NCBI GenBank assembly: GCA_964405555.1
Contig: CAYOOB010000004.1
Coordinates: 10,165-74,164 of the forward strand
DNA length: 64,000 nucleotides
Reading direction: 5' to 3'
From: an uncultured Lachnospiraceae bacterium
GTDB taxonomy: Bacteria; Bacillota; Clostridia; Christensenellales; UBA1242
Part shown: positions 29,828 to 40,882 of the stretch, one piece after another
Layout: each line of letters begins with the position of its first letter
Position numbering within the stretch: the stretch's first letter is position 1
Notes under the pieces: model-generated
Database searches by the model: none
Told to the model about the DNA's origin: nothing
What the model saw: the letters and a program-made list of their open reading frames with translations, nothing else
Position numbers and translations under genes: made by a program

Positions 29828-30241
29828 ATGTATAGCAAAACAGTAATTGATAGGTTTCAAAATCCAAGAAATGCAGGTGGAATGCATGGTGCTAATGCCA
29901 TTGGACAAGTAGGAAATGTTGCCTGTGGCGATATTATGAAGATGTATTTAAAAATCACTGATGACGGGGTGATTGAGAATGCAAGATTTAAGACATTTGG
30001 TTGTTGTGTGGCAATTGCTTCAATTGATATGGCGTGCGATTTAATTAAAGGAAAAACAATAGAAGACGCACTAAAAGTAACAAACAAGAACATTCTTGAT
30101 ATGTTAGGAGAACTTCCTCCACATAAAATTCATTGCTCAATATTGGCAGAAGAATCAATCAGATCAGCAATCGAAGACTATTACAAACGCAAAGAAAAAA
30201 AGATAAAAAAAGAAACAAAATTAGCACAAATGGACGACTAA
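29828..30241 (+). CDS. iscU: Fe-S cluster scaffold protein IscU/NifU
   Basis: NPRNAG.......G.VGN.ACGD, FKTFGC and HCS motifs. Confidence 0.9.
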   Translation: MYSKTVIDRFQNPRNAGGMHGANAIGQVGNVACGDIMKMYLKITDDGVIENARFKTFGCCVAIASIDMACDLIKGKTIEDALKVTNKNILDMLGELPPHKIHCSILAEESIRSAIEDYYKRKEKKIKKETKLAQMDD

Positions 30242-30359
30242 CAAAAACAAATAATTATACTTGATAAATCGTAATTTTGTCTTTTATAAGATAAATATCA
30301 TTTAAAACAAATTGTATTGATGCTTCTTGTCGCAAATTAGAGGAGTAAGGTTATAGATT

Positions 30360-30851
30360 ATGACATACGGAGAATTAATTAGTCGTGCATTTGATGTTTA
30401 TTACGAAAATGGACGCAACTACCCAGCCAACCTGCTGTATCCCGTTGTATCGTCAAACAACGAGAAAGTGGCTGTTGACATTTTTATGGATTGTTATGTT
30501 TTGCGAGATCAAACCGGGAAAGTGATTCAGATAAAAGAACCGCTTGAAATTCTGAGTTGTACTTTGGATGGTAAAAGCGCAGAATTCGTTAATGCTAGTA
30601 CCATCGATGGAAATTACTGGTTGGCGAGTCCTAAATTTGATATAAGTTCATCCATAGATGACTTTCAAGAGCTTTATATGCAGGTAAGACAGTTTGTGTT
30701 TATGGATTGTTTGTCCATTGAACAGTTAGAAGCATTAAAAAAACTTTTATACATCTATGATTGTCTTTTTGAGCAGGAGTTAAAGGACATTTATCATAGG
30801 TTTGGTGCCAAATTCTTTGAATGGGCTTATCATGTACTTGGGGCAATATAA
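30360..30851 (+). CDS. Hypothetical protein (163 aa), orphan
   Basis: The ORF has a GAGGAG SD. I recognise no motif. It looks slightly GC-richer than its neighbours by eye; this was not computed. Confidence 0.5.
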   Translation: MTYGELISRAFDVYYENGRNYPANLLYPVVSSNNEKVAVDIFMDCYVLRDQTGKVIQIKEPLEILSCTLDGKSAEFVNASTIDGNYWLASPKFDISSSIDDFQELYMQVRQFVFMDCLSIEQLEALKKLLYIYDCLFEQELKDIYHRFGAKFFEWAYHVLGAI

Positions 30852-30864
30852 CGGACATTGAATC

Positions 30865-30896
30865 AGTGCTATCTAATAAAAGTGCTATCTAATAAA
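30865..30896. repeat. Perfect 16 bp tandem duplication (AGTGCTATCTAATAAA x2)
   Basis: Read directly; it lies just after the stop codon of the 30360 ORF. Confidence 0.9.
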
Positions 30897-31112
30897 ATAG
30901 TCATAGTATGGTTGACAGAAAAAAAATACGCTTGAAAGTATCTGCTGTACTCATTTTGCTTTTTTGCAAGAACAGTAAGCGAAAAGAGATTCAATGGTGA
31001 ACAATTTCTAAGTTGATTGACTGAGCGAATGAGCAAACTATGATTAAAGATTCGGTTTTTATAAAACAAGCAAAAACTTTTAAGGATACCGGCATAGAGC
31101 TTACGGAGAATT

Positions 31113-31148
31113 CTTCTTAAATACGAGGTTATTTAAGAAGTTTTTTTT
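31113..31148 (+). terminator. Strong Rho-independent terminator
   Basis: Perfect 10 bp stem CTTCTTAAAT / ATTTAAGAAG, 8 nt loop, then T8. Confidence 0.8.
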
Positions 31149-31201
31149 ATGATATTGAATGTAAATTCGATGCTAATTGATAAACTAGATGAAATTTAAT
31201 A

Positions 31202-31256
31202 AGTTTTAAAATTTGAAACCGTTTTAAAATTTTGAAAATGTTTTAAAATTTGAAAG
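31202..31256. repeat. Three direct repeats of GTTTTAAAATTTGAAA
   Basis: GTTTTAAAATTTGAAACC GTTTTAAAATTTTGAAAAT GTTTTAAAATTTGAAAG. Confidence 0.85.
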
Positions 31257-31280
31257 AAAATACAAAAACATAAAGAGATT

Positions 31281-31301
31281 ATTGTGTGGAGGTATTATGC
31301 A
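31281..31301. repeat. Palindromic spacer element, half copy B (right arm)
   Basis: ATTGTGTGGAGGTATTATGCA. Confidence 0.6.
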
Positions 31302-31496
31302 AGGTTTACAAAATTTTAAAATTTAAGTTATTGTATTACATACAAATAAGATTGAATAAAATTTAATTAAAAAAATCATGCATAAGGTAAATTGGAATAT
31401 ATTGATAAAATTAAAGAAATAAAAGTAAGATTAGAGATATAATTTTAATTTACAAATAAAAACACCAAATGATAAAAATCTTACAAAAAAGTTAAA

Positions 31497-31515
31497 GGTA
31501 TTATGCATTATAATC
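31497..31515. repeat. Palindromic spacer element, half copy C
   Basis: GGTATTATGCATTATAATC. Confidence 0.5.
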
Positions 31516-31737
31516 AAACAAAAAAATGAAATTAAATGAAACTATAATAAAATTGAATTTATAAGAAAGATGTTTAAAAAAGAAATTACAAAATAATAAA
31601 ACAAAGAGATAAAAAGAGATAAGATGTTGTAAAAGAGAATTTGTATTAATAAAAGAAATAAAAAACAAATTTAATTAAATAAGATATAATTAAGAAACAT
31701 AAACAAAATTTTTTAATTTAAAAAAAAGATAAAAACT

Positions 31738-31780
31738 TTGCATAATACAATATATTGATGTTGTAAATTGCATAATACGC
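31738..31780. repeat. Palindromic spacer element, copy D (two left arms)
   Basis: TTTGCATAATACAATATATTGATGTTG followed by TTGCATAATACGC. Confidence 0.75.
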
Positions 31781-32586
31781 AAAATATAGCCTATCTATGC
31801 GTAAAACCTGTCTTTTGCGAATAGATTTAGATTGTTTTATAACATAAAAAATGATAATCTCCCAAAAAAATTTCATAAAATTTGATTTGTTTCTTTCTAC
31901 TATTCCTACTTTCTTATCTATTGAAATTCTCTATTTTTAAATCTTATAATTTTTAACTCACACCTTTTATCAGAACTTAATTAAAAACTTTTGATTTTTG
32001 TATATATTTTTATATCGTCCCTCTTGTGCTTGCAAAAAGTTGTTTATTAAACACTTCACGCATTATTATTCAAAAATCGATTGATTATATAAAGCAATTT
32101 TATTAATTTTGTATTAGTTGATTTTTGTAATAGATTTTAGTTTTTTTTAAAGACTTCCAATATTTTCTGCGTCCCCTAAAAAAAAGAATTTCTTTGTGGG
32201 AGTTGTAGAATTTTGGTCTTATCCCCCAATATTTTTTGGTAAGTTTTTGTATTCGTTAAACAAAACTTCTGGTCACCTATTGAAAAATCTTTGCAATAAA
32301 ATAAGTTCTCCATTCAATTTCACTACTACACCCTGATATTGATTATAAAGAGTTGAAATCTAATTTGTGTAATACCTTTTCCATTCATTTATATTAAACC
32401 CAAAATCAAAATTTTAATTTGTCAATTCATCTCGCTTCTAAAATAAATCTTGTCCTTTGACATTAAAATTTCGATTTGTTGTCACTTAATAAAAATTTTT
32501 GTTTACAACTTTCATTTACATTATCCGCTGTTTTGATTTCGTTTACAATTTATCTTTTTATTTCTTACCACCACCTATCTTTAATT

Positions 32587-33759
<1,173 letters not shown>

Positions 33760-33842
33760 TTAAATTGTAATAGTGATTTCTATTTTGTCTATACTTATTT
33801 ATCTATTCTTATTTATTATTGTCTTATTTATTATTGTCTTAT

Positions 33843-34544
33843 TTACTCTTGCGATATGTTCATGGAAAATTCTTCAATATACATATCAATAAAATCTTTC
33901 ATCAATTTAGTTTTCTTTTTTGCGATTGTTTTTGCAGTTTCTGTGTTCATATTCTCGCCTAACCTTAAAAGTTTGTTATTAATATGGTGAATTGAAGACG
34001 CATCAAGTGCGCTCTCATCAAATTTATTTTGATAAAGCGGAACATTTGGGTCGTAAACCTTAACATTATTGCTAAATCCAAATTTTAAACACCTTACTAT
34101 ACCTATTGCACCAATAGCATCAAGGTTATCTGCATCTTGAAGTATCTTAGTTTCAATATCAGTAACTTTTACTCCATTGCCAAAAGCATATTCTTCGTGG
34201 TGTTCTACCGCATACAAAATGTGCTTCTTTTGTTCTGGTGTTATGTCGAGTCCGTCTAAAAATTTTTCAACAACTGGCAAGCTTTCTTTTGGTGAAACAT
34301 ACCTTTTCTCTTCACCACTCATTATTCTGTGTATGTCATGTATGAACGCAGAAATCGCAATAACCACAACATCTCCACCTTCCTTTGATTGAAGATATAA
34401 GGCAAAATTTAATGTTCGTTCAAGGTGGTCAATGCTGTGTCCTGTTGTATCTTCTTTAAAATAGTTGTAAATCTTATCTCTCAATTTACTTATATACACT
34501 CTCACATCAACTTCTTTCTTATTAACATTTTCCTTAACTTCCAT
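33843..34544 (-). CDS. HD-domain metal-dependent phosphohydrolase
   Basis: H..DH..RT and AAF.HDI motifs (HSIDHLERT, SAFIHDIHR). Confidence 0.75.
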   Translation of the reverse strand: MEVKENVNKKEVDVRVYISKLRDKIYNYFKEDTTGHSIDHLERTLNFALYLQSKEGGDVVVIAISAFIHDIHRIMSGEEKRYVSPKESLPVVEKFLDGLDITPEQKKHILYAVEHHEEYAFGNGVKVTDIETKILQDADNLDAIGAIGIVRCLKFGFSNNVKVYDPNVPLYQNKFDESALDASSIHHINNKLLRLGENMNTETAKTIAKKKTKLMKDFIDMYIEEFSMNISQE

Positions 34545-34600
34545 TCTTCTTATCTCTCCTTTTATTCCTATTTAGAATTGTTTATTTCCCTCGTTAATCA

Positions 34601-35659
34601 TTACTCTATAAACATTGCATCGCCAAAACTGAAAAAACGATATTTTTCTTTGACGGCGGTATTATAGATTTCAAGAGTTTTATCAACATTTCCAACAAAT
34701 GCTGAAACAAGCATAATTAGTGTGCTTTCTGGCAAGTGAAAGTTTGTTATGAGTGCGTCCACCATTTTAAACTTATATGGCGGATATATGAAAATTTGCG
34801 TTTCTCGTTTTTGTGCTTGTAACAAACCATTTTCGTCTACTCCGCTTTCCAAAACTCGCACAGATGTTGTTCCAACCGCAATTATGCGTCTTCCTTCTCG
34901 CTTTGCTTGGTTGATTTTGTCAGCAACCTCCTGAGTGATTTCAAAATATTCGCTGTGCATTTCATGGTTGAGAATGTTCTCTTCCTTGACCGGTCTAAAA
35001 GTTCCAAGTCCAACATGAAGCAAAACTTCCAATACGTCCACACCCTTCGCCTTGATTTTTTCCAAGAGTTCTGGTGTGAAGTGAAGTCCGGCAGTTGGTG
35101 CCGCACTTGAACCCTCCACCTTTGCATACACCGTTTGATAGCGGTCAGAATTTTTTAGTTTTTCCTTGATGTATGGTGGTAGTGGAACAGTGCCAATCTC
35201 CATGAGATGTTCTTCAAAAGTTTTAGATGCGTCAAAATTAAAGCAAATCTTACAAGCACCATAATCACCTTTTTTAGTAACCACGCACGAAATATTTTCA
35301 TTGAAAACAATCTCTGTGCCAACATCCAGCCTTTTTGCTGGTTTTGCTATAACTTCCCAATTTTTAAGGTCTATTCTCTTTTGTAGTAACACTTCAATTT
35401 TGGCACCTGTTTGAGTTTTAAAACCAAACAATCTTGCTGGTAGAACTTTGGTGTTATTTATCACTAAAATATCACCTTCGTGCAAAAAATCTAATATGTC
35501 ATAAAAATGTTTATGTTCCAACTTATTGATTTCTCGATTGTAGCACAGCAAACGAGAATGGTCACGTGGTTCAATAGGTGTTTGTGCTATTTGTTCCTGT
35601 GGCAATTCGTAAAAATAAGTTTTTCGCAGTAGTTCTTTTTTAATTACGTCCTCTTGCAT
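34601..35659 (-). CDS. queA: S-adenosylmethionine:tRNA ribosyltransferase-isomerase
   Basis: YELPQEQIAQTPIEPRD.SRLL N-terminus, PLPPYI and AAPTAGLHFT. Confidence 0.95.
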   Translation of the reverse strand: MQEDVIKKELLRKTYFYELPQEQIAQTPIEPRDHSRLLCYNREINKLEHKHFYDILDFLHEGDILVINNTKVLPARLFGFKTQTGAKIEVLLQKRIDLKNWEVIAKPAKRLDVGTEIVFNENISCVVTKKGDYGACKICFNFDASKTFEEHLMEIGTVPLPPYIKEKLKNSDRYQTVYAKVEGSSAAPTAGLHFTPELLEKIKAKGVDVLEVLLHVGLGTFRPVKEENILNHEMHSEYFEITQEVADKINQAKREGRRIIAVGTTSVRVLESGVDENGLLQAQKRETQIFIYPPYKFKMVDALITNFHLPESTLIMLVSAFVGNVDKTLEIYNTAVKEKYRFFSFGDAMFIE

Positions 35660-35915
35660 TACATCCTCTTTATAATTTGTTTTTTCTTTATAATTTGTTT
35701 GTTAATTTTGTTTTTCTTGTTAATGTTGAATTTATATTTAACTAATATTAAACTGAATATTAAACTGAATATATTTTATTATTGATTATTCCATTTTTTT
35801 AATGTAATTTTTATGTTGATTGTTTATGTTATTTCAATGTTTTTATTGTATATAATTTTGTTTCTGTCTTGATTGTGTGAAATTTATTAAACCGATTTTT
35901 ATGTTCGCTTACTCC

Positions 35916-36917
35916 TTATTTGTCAGGATAAGAAATTCCTAAATGACGATAAGCTGGCTCTAATGCCACACGCCCACGTGGAGTTCTTGCAATAAAACCA
36001 AGTTGAAGAAGATATGGTTCGTACACATCCTCGATTGTTCCAGAATCTTCGCTTATTGTGGCAGAGAGCGTATCCAACCCAACCGGCCCACCACCAAATT
36101 TATAAATAATACTCTCCAAAATTTTGCGGTCAATAAAATCTAAACCAAGTTCGTCAATTTCCATTTTAGAAAGTGCCTGGTCGGTAATATCTTTGGTGAT
36201 TTCACCTGTGCCTAAAACCTCCGCATAGTCACGCACACGTTTGAGAAGTCGGTTTGCAATTCGTGGTGTGCCACGAGAACGCTTTGCTATGTCAAGGCTG
36301 GCTTGTTGATTGATGTCGATGTGTAAAATCTTTGCAGAACGATTGATAATCTCTTGCAATTCGTAATCTTGATATAACTCCAACCTACAAATAACTCCAA
36401 AGCGGTCACGCAACGGACTTGTTAACATTCCCGGCTTTGTGGTTGCTCCAATCAATGTGAAAGGTTGAATTTTCAAACGCATATTCTTTGCAGAAGGTCC
36501 CTTACCAACAATGAAGTCGAGTGCAAAATCTTCCATGGCTGGATATAAAATTTCTTCCACACTTTTGTTTAATCTGTGAATTTCATCTATGAAAAGCACA
36601 TCTCCTTTACCAAGATTTGTAAGAATTGCAGCAAGGTCGGCAGCGTGTTCTATTGCCGGCCCAGATGTCACCTTAAATTGAGAACCAAGTTCGTTTGCAA
36701 TAATGTGCGAAAGTGTTGTTTTGCCCAAGCCTGGTGGTCCATATAAAAGCACGTGGTCGAGAGCATCTCTACGTGATTTTGCCGCTTGAATGTAAATTCC
36801 TAAACTTTCTTTAACTTTGTCTTGTCCAACATACTCTTTAAGCGAAGTTGGTCTTAAAGAATTTTCGATTTCGGCATCCGTCCAATTCTTACTGCTTGTG
36901 ATAAATCTATCTTCCAT
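35916..36917 (-). CDS. ruvB: Holliday junction helicase RuvB
   Basis: [18 protein letters not shown] and DEIHRL. Confidence 0.95.
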   Translation of the reverse strand: MEDRFITSSKNWTDAEIENSLRPTSLKEYVGQDKVKESLGIYIQAAKSRRDALDHVLLYGPPGLGKTTLSHIIANELGSQFKVTSGPAIEHAADLAAILTNLGKGDVLFIDEIHRLNKSVEEILYPAMEDFALDFIVGKGPSAKNMRLKIQPFTLIGATTKPGMLTSPLRDRFGVICRLELYQDYELQEIINRSAKILHIDINQQASLDIAKRSRGTPRIANRLLKRVRDYAEVLGTGEITKDITDQALSKMEIDELGLDFIDRKILESIIYKFGGGPVGLDTLSATISEDSGTIEDVYEPYLLQLGFIARTPRGRVALEPAYRHLGISYPDK

Positions 36918-37054
36918 TATGTTCTACCTTCTTTATTTATTTCTTTTTTTTTATTAACTTCTTTTTTTTGTTAACTTCTTTTTTTGTTTATCCCTTTGTT
37001 TTTTCAATTCTTGTTATTTATCTCTCTCGTTCTTAACTTTATAATTTTATTTAT

Positions 37055-37110
37055 CAATATATGGTGTATTATACAGTATTATTGATAGCATACCACAACA
37101 ACATATTGTG
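37055..37110. repeat. Palindromic spacer element, copy E (right arm plus left arm) in the ruvA-ruvB spacer
   Basis: CAATATATGGTGTATTATACA .. GCATACCACAACAACATATTGTG. Confidence 0.7.
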
Positions 37111-37163
37111 TTTTATATTTTGTGATGGTTTTTATAGTTTTTGTTTAATTATTGAAATAAATT

Positions 37164-37766
37164 TTATTTTCCCAATTCTTTCAATACCTTTAATATGATT
37201 TCTTCTGCCGTTGTTTCTGCCGTTGCCTTCGAGCGAGCCAAACGATAAGCCTCGTTCTTGTTCACTCCCAAACTAATCAAAGTTACAACCGCATCATTTA
37301 ATGCCGACTCATTATACACTTCTTCTGTCACACTCAACCCATCCAAAAGTGGAAGTCCATTTGTGGAAATTTTGTCTTTAAGTTCTAAACAAATCCTTTC
37401 GGCACTTTTTTTGCCAAGCCCCTTAATTCTGGAAAGTGCGTTGCTATCTCCACTTATGATAGATGTTACCAAGTCAGAAAGTTTCATACCAGAAAGCACC
37501 CCTATTGCACTTTTTGGCCCAACCCCAGAAACCGTTATTAACTTCATAAAAAGTGATTTTTCTTCCTCTGTTGCAAAACCATATAAGCAAACACCCACAT
37601 TTTCGCCAACTTGAAGATATGTAAACACCTTTGCTGTTTCGTGTTCCATAGGCAAGGAAACAAGTGTGTTATTTGATATAGTCAACTCATAACCAACACC
37701 GTTTACATCCATTATAAGTAAGTTTTCATGCTTTTCTTCAATAGTTCCAACCAAAAATGAAATCAT
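37164..37766 (-). CDS. ruvA: Holliday junction DNA-binding protein RuvA
   Basis: MI..L.G N-terminus, HhH motifs (L..V.GVGPK.A and I.GLGKK.AERI). Confidence 0.9.
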   Translation of the reverse strand: MISFLVGTIEEKHENLLIMDVNGVGYELTISNNTLVSLPMEHETAKVFTYLQVGENVGVCLYGFATEEEKSLFMKLITVSGVGPKSAIGVLSGMKLSDLVTSIISGDSNALSRIKGLGKKSAERICLELKDKISTNGLPLLDGLSVTEEVYNESALNDAVVTLISLGVNKNEAYRLARSKATAETTAEEIILKVLKELGK

Positions 37767-37917
37767 ACTAAATTTCCTCTTTAACTTTTCTTTTTTTTAC
37801 TTTTATTTCTTTTTTTTTATTTTTATTTCGATTTTTAATTTTTCGTTTTTCTGCTTTATTTAAATTTAATTTTGTTCTATATCGCCACACTCAACACTAC
37901 TCAAACCCACTCAGCTA

Positions 37918-38406
37918 CTAAATCATGTTGTTGTTTAAGTTCGGATTGATTTGGCTATGGCACAATGCCACCGCAAGAGCATCCGCTGCATCATCCGGTT
38001 TTGGAACTTTTTCCAAACCAAGCACCGCCTTAACCATAAACTGCATTTGCTTTTTGTCCGCCCGTCCATTGCCTGTGAGTGCTTGTTTGATTTGCATCGG
38101 TGTGTATTCAAAGAGTCGTTCGCAATACTTTTGTGCAGTCAACACAATAACTCCACGTGCCTCTGCAACAGGTATTACGGTTGTTTGGTTATGAAAATAA
38201 AACAATTCCTCAATTGCCACTTCATCCGGCCTATACCTTTCAAAAAGCACCCTAAATGCCTCTTCAATACGCATAAGCCTAACCGGCAATGAGTCCTCTT
38301 TTGGTGTTTCAACCACTCCAAAATCCACAACTGTATTGTTTCGATGTGTGTCTATAATTCCATATCCAACAATGCCATAACCAGGGTCTATTCCTAAAAT
38401 TCTCAT
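37918..38406 (-). CDS. ruvC: Crossover junction endodeoxyribonuclease RuvC
   Basis: MRILGIDPGYG N-terminus and DAADALAVALCH. I prefer the ATG at 38406; the ORF-track TTG at 38442 lies inside a terminator hairpin. Confidence 0.85.
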   Translation of the reverse strand: MRILGIDPGYGIVGYGIIDTHRNNTVVDFGVVETPKEDSLPVRLMRIEEAFRVLFERYRPDEVAIEELFYFHNQTTVIPVAEARGVIVLTAQKYCERLFEYTPMQIKQALTGNGRADKKQMQFMVKAVLGLEKVPKPDDAADALAVALCHSQINPNLNNNMI

Positions 38407-38419
38407 AAATAGATTGTAT

Positions 38420-38456
38420 AAAAAAACACCCCGCTTTGTCAAATAAAAACGGAGTG
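38420..38456 (-). terminator. Putative Rho-independent terminator upstream of ruvC
   Basis: On the - strand, CACTCCG ..16 nt.. CGGGGTG followed by T7. Confidence 0.4.
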
Positions 38457-38593
38457 TTATTTAAAGTTTGACTTCCAATTTAAATTCATAATTAATTTCA
38501 TTAATTCTTTTTAATTCTTTTCTAATTCAAACATATATTAAAATTAATTTTGTAGTAGAACAATTTTATTTATATACAAATAATTTTTTGTTC

Positions 38594-39382
38594 TTAAATT
38601 TCCAGAACATCCAAATCTTTGGGAACAATCACTTTTCCGCTAAAAACACTTTTCGCCTCTTTAATATATTCTTTTTTAACTTTGTGATGATTGTCTGCAC
38701 TATGCCACAAAATCAAATTTTCCGCATTGAGAATCTGTGCCACTTCTCCTGCCTCTTTTACTGTTTTGTGCTTTTTAAGTGGAAGTTCATCTTTCATTCT
38801 TTCTTTTTCAATACAAAATGCCTCCAAACACAACCATTTTGCGTTTTTAAACTTTTTATAATAAGACTCATCAAGAGGAACATCGCCACAAAAATAAAAA
38901 CTTTCTTCTTTTATATAAAACGCCATTTGTGGCATATCCTTTGCCAATGTATCGAAGAATGTTACATCAAGTCCAACAATCTTTTTATGTTGTCCATCTT
39001 TAACTTCTTCAAAATGAATTAAAGTTCCAAAGAGTTTATCACACCATTTTTTTCCTGCCGTCAATCTTGTCATAGTCATCAAAGCATCTAAACATTCAGC
39101 ACTTCCATAAATGGTAAAATTTTTTGTTCTAAAACCCTTTAAATAGTTTTGCATAACCAATCTAAGAACCCACACAAATCCTAAAATATGGTCGGTATGA
39201 TTATGAGAAATAAAACCGTACTCAATTTCATTTATATCAATTTTTGAAAGTTTTAGTTGTTTCAAAATTCGATTTCCACCGCCTGCATCAACAAGAAAAT
39301 ACCCCGTGTTCTCAATAGCAAAACAAGTGTTATATTCATCTATCACACCAGCATGACCTGTTCCTAAAACATGAATTTTCAT
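38594..39382 (-). CDS. MBL-fold metallo-hydrolase
   Basis: HxHxDH motif (SHNHTDHILG). Confidence 0.75.
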   Translation of the reverse strand: MKIHVLGTGHAGVIDEYNTCFAIENTGYFLVDAGGGNRILKQLKLSKIDINEIEYGFISHNHTDHILGFVWVLRLVMQNYLKGFRTKNFTIYGSAECLDALMTMTRLTAGKKWCDKLFGTLIHFEEVKDGQHKKIVGLDVTFFDTLAKDMPQMAFYIKEESFYFCGDVPLDESYYKKFKNAKWLCLEAFCIEKERMKDELPLKKHKTVKEAGEVAQILNAENLILWHSADNHHKVKKEYIKEAKSVFSGKVIVPKDLDVLEI

Positions 39383-39487
39383 AGAAGCACCTCAATATTG
39401 TTAGTTAAATAATTAGATTAAACTATTAACAAGCAATTTACAAAAAACAATCTTATAAAACAACTTTTCTTAGTTATTTCTCGTTAA

Positions 39488-40216
39488 TTACTCTTCCTCA
39501 TTTAAATTGACGTTGTGATAAACCTCTTGAACATCGTCCAAGTCTTCAAGTGCGTCAATCATACGTTTAAATTTGCCTTCTTGTTCGGCATTTAAATCAA
39601 CATAAAGGTCTGGAACAAGTGCAGTTTCAGAAGATACAACATGATAACCTTTCTTTTCAAGTGCTTCACGCATTTTGCCGTCTTCGTTTGCTTCAGTGAT
39701 GATTTCCACACTATCCTCATCTTCTAAAACATCCACTGCACCCTCTTCGATAGCGTCAAGCATGAGAGTTTCGGCATCTTTAACATCCACAACAATCACA
39801 CTACCTTTACGCTTGAAAAGATAGGACACACAACCGTTTGAACCTAAACTTCCGCCGTGTTTATCAAATGCATGACGAACATCGCCTGCCGTGCGGTTTT
39901 TATTATCAGTTAAGCACTCCACGATAACCGCAGAACCGCCAACACCATATCCTTCGTAAGTACTACTCTCATAATTTACACCAGAAAGTTCCCCAGACGC
40001 TTTCTTAATTGAACGCTCAATATTTTCGTTTGGCATATTGTTCTGTTTTGCTTTGGCGATGATATCTTTCAATTTACTATTAACATTAGGGTCTGGTCCA
40101 CCAGCCTTCACACAAACCGCAATCTCTCTGCCGATTTTAGTGAAGATTTTACCTCTTGCTGCGTCTGTTTTACCTTTCTTTGCTTGAATGTTATGCCATT
40201 TTGAATGTCCCGACAT
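39488..40216 (-). CDS. yebC: YebC/PmpR-family DNA-binding regulator
   Basis: MSGHSKWHNIQAKKGKTDAARGKIFTK signature N-terminus. Confidence 0.95.
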   Translation of the reverse strand: MSGHSKWHNIQAKKGKTDAARGKIFTKIGREIAVCVKAGGPDPNVNSKLKDIIAKAKQNNMPNENIERSIKKASGELSGVNYESSTYEGYGVGGSAVIVECLTDNKNRTAGDVRHAFDKHGGSLGSNGCVSYLFKRKGSVIVVDVKDAETLMLDAIEEGAVDVLEDEDSVEIITEANEDGKMREALEKKGYHVVSSETALVPDLYVDLNAEQEGKFKRMIDALEDLDDVQEVYHNVNLNEEE

Positions 40217-40563
40217 GATTTTCTCCTTTTAATTTCTTGTGTAATGCAAATTTTTAGATGAACAAGCACCGTTCATACAACACTAGATATATAATAAAAC
40301 AAAAATGATATGTTTGTCAAACAAATACAAATTAATAAAACAATTAAATGTAAATTAATGTAAATTTAATACAAATTAAATATAGTTAAATACAAATTTT
40401 AAATAATAAAACAAACAAAATTTATAAAACAAAATAAATATAAGAACAAATTTATAAAAAATATATAAAAAATATATAAAGATAATTACAAAGCTAACCA
40501 CAATGCAAATATGAACATTCATATCGTTTGCAAATCGTCAAAAACAAAAAAATTAAAGACACT

Positions 40564-40611
40564 AAAAAAGGATGTTTAAAATATTTCAACAACTCTTAAA
40601 CATCTTTTTTT
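40564..40611. terminator. Bidirectional-type hairpin terminator downstream of clpX
   Basis: Perfect 9 bp stem GATGTTTAA / TTAAACATC, with A6 on one side and T7 on the other. Confidence 0.55.
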
Positions 40612-40882
40612 AATTTTTAGCGAAAGAATATTTTTGCAAACTCTTTAATAACTTGTTTAATAATCTACAGATAACATACAATAAACACCAATGTTATTAT
40701 ATAAATTTTACAATTTTAGATTTTTTTATTCCGTTATTGCAATAATTTATTATATGTTATAAATTAATTATATCTATCCAAAAGTGTTCTAAAGTATTCT
40801 TTGGTTTAAGATTCGTTATTTAACATTGAATTCGTATTTATCAAAAAATCATCAAACTCAATAAGCATTTATAGACTTTTGC

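Noticed and set aside
30869-31069. A 66 aa ORF on the - strand in the tail after the 30360 ORF
   Set aside because: It has no SD, opposes the flanking + strand transcription that ends at the 31113 terminator, and has no recognisable motif.
31140-31790. A canonical dif (XerCD) site in the convergence zone
   Set aside because: The closest strings (ATATTGAATGTAAATT, ATATATTGATGTTGTAAATT) need indels relative to the Firmicute dif core TATATATTATGTAAACT, so I do not call a dif site. The palindrome family's GCATAAT arm resembles the E. coli XerC arm only superficially.
38407-38442. The N-terminal extension of ruvC from the ORF-track TTG start
   Set aside because: The extension lies within a terminator-like hairpin, and the conserved RuvC N-terminus MRILGIDPG begins at 38406. 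The ORF-track starts of clpP (43193), tig (44793), recN (53596), clpX (42202) and the giant ORF (6845) were shortened for the same kind of reason, using the position of the SD and the conserved N-terminus.
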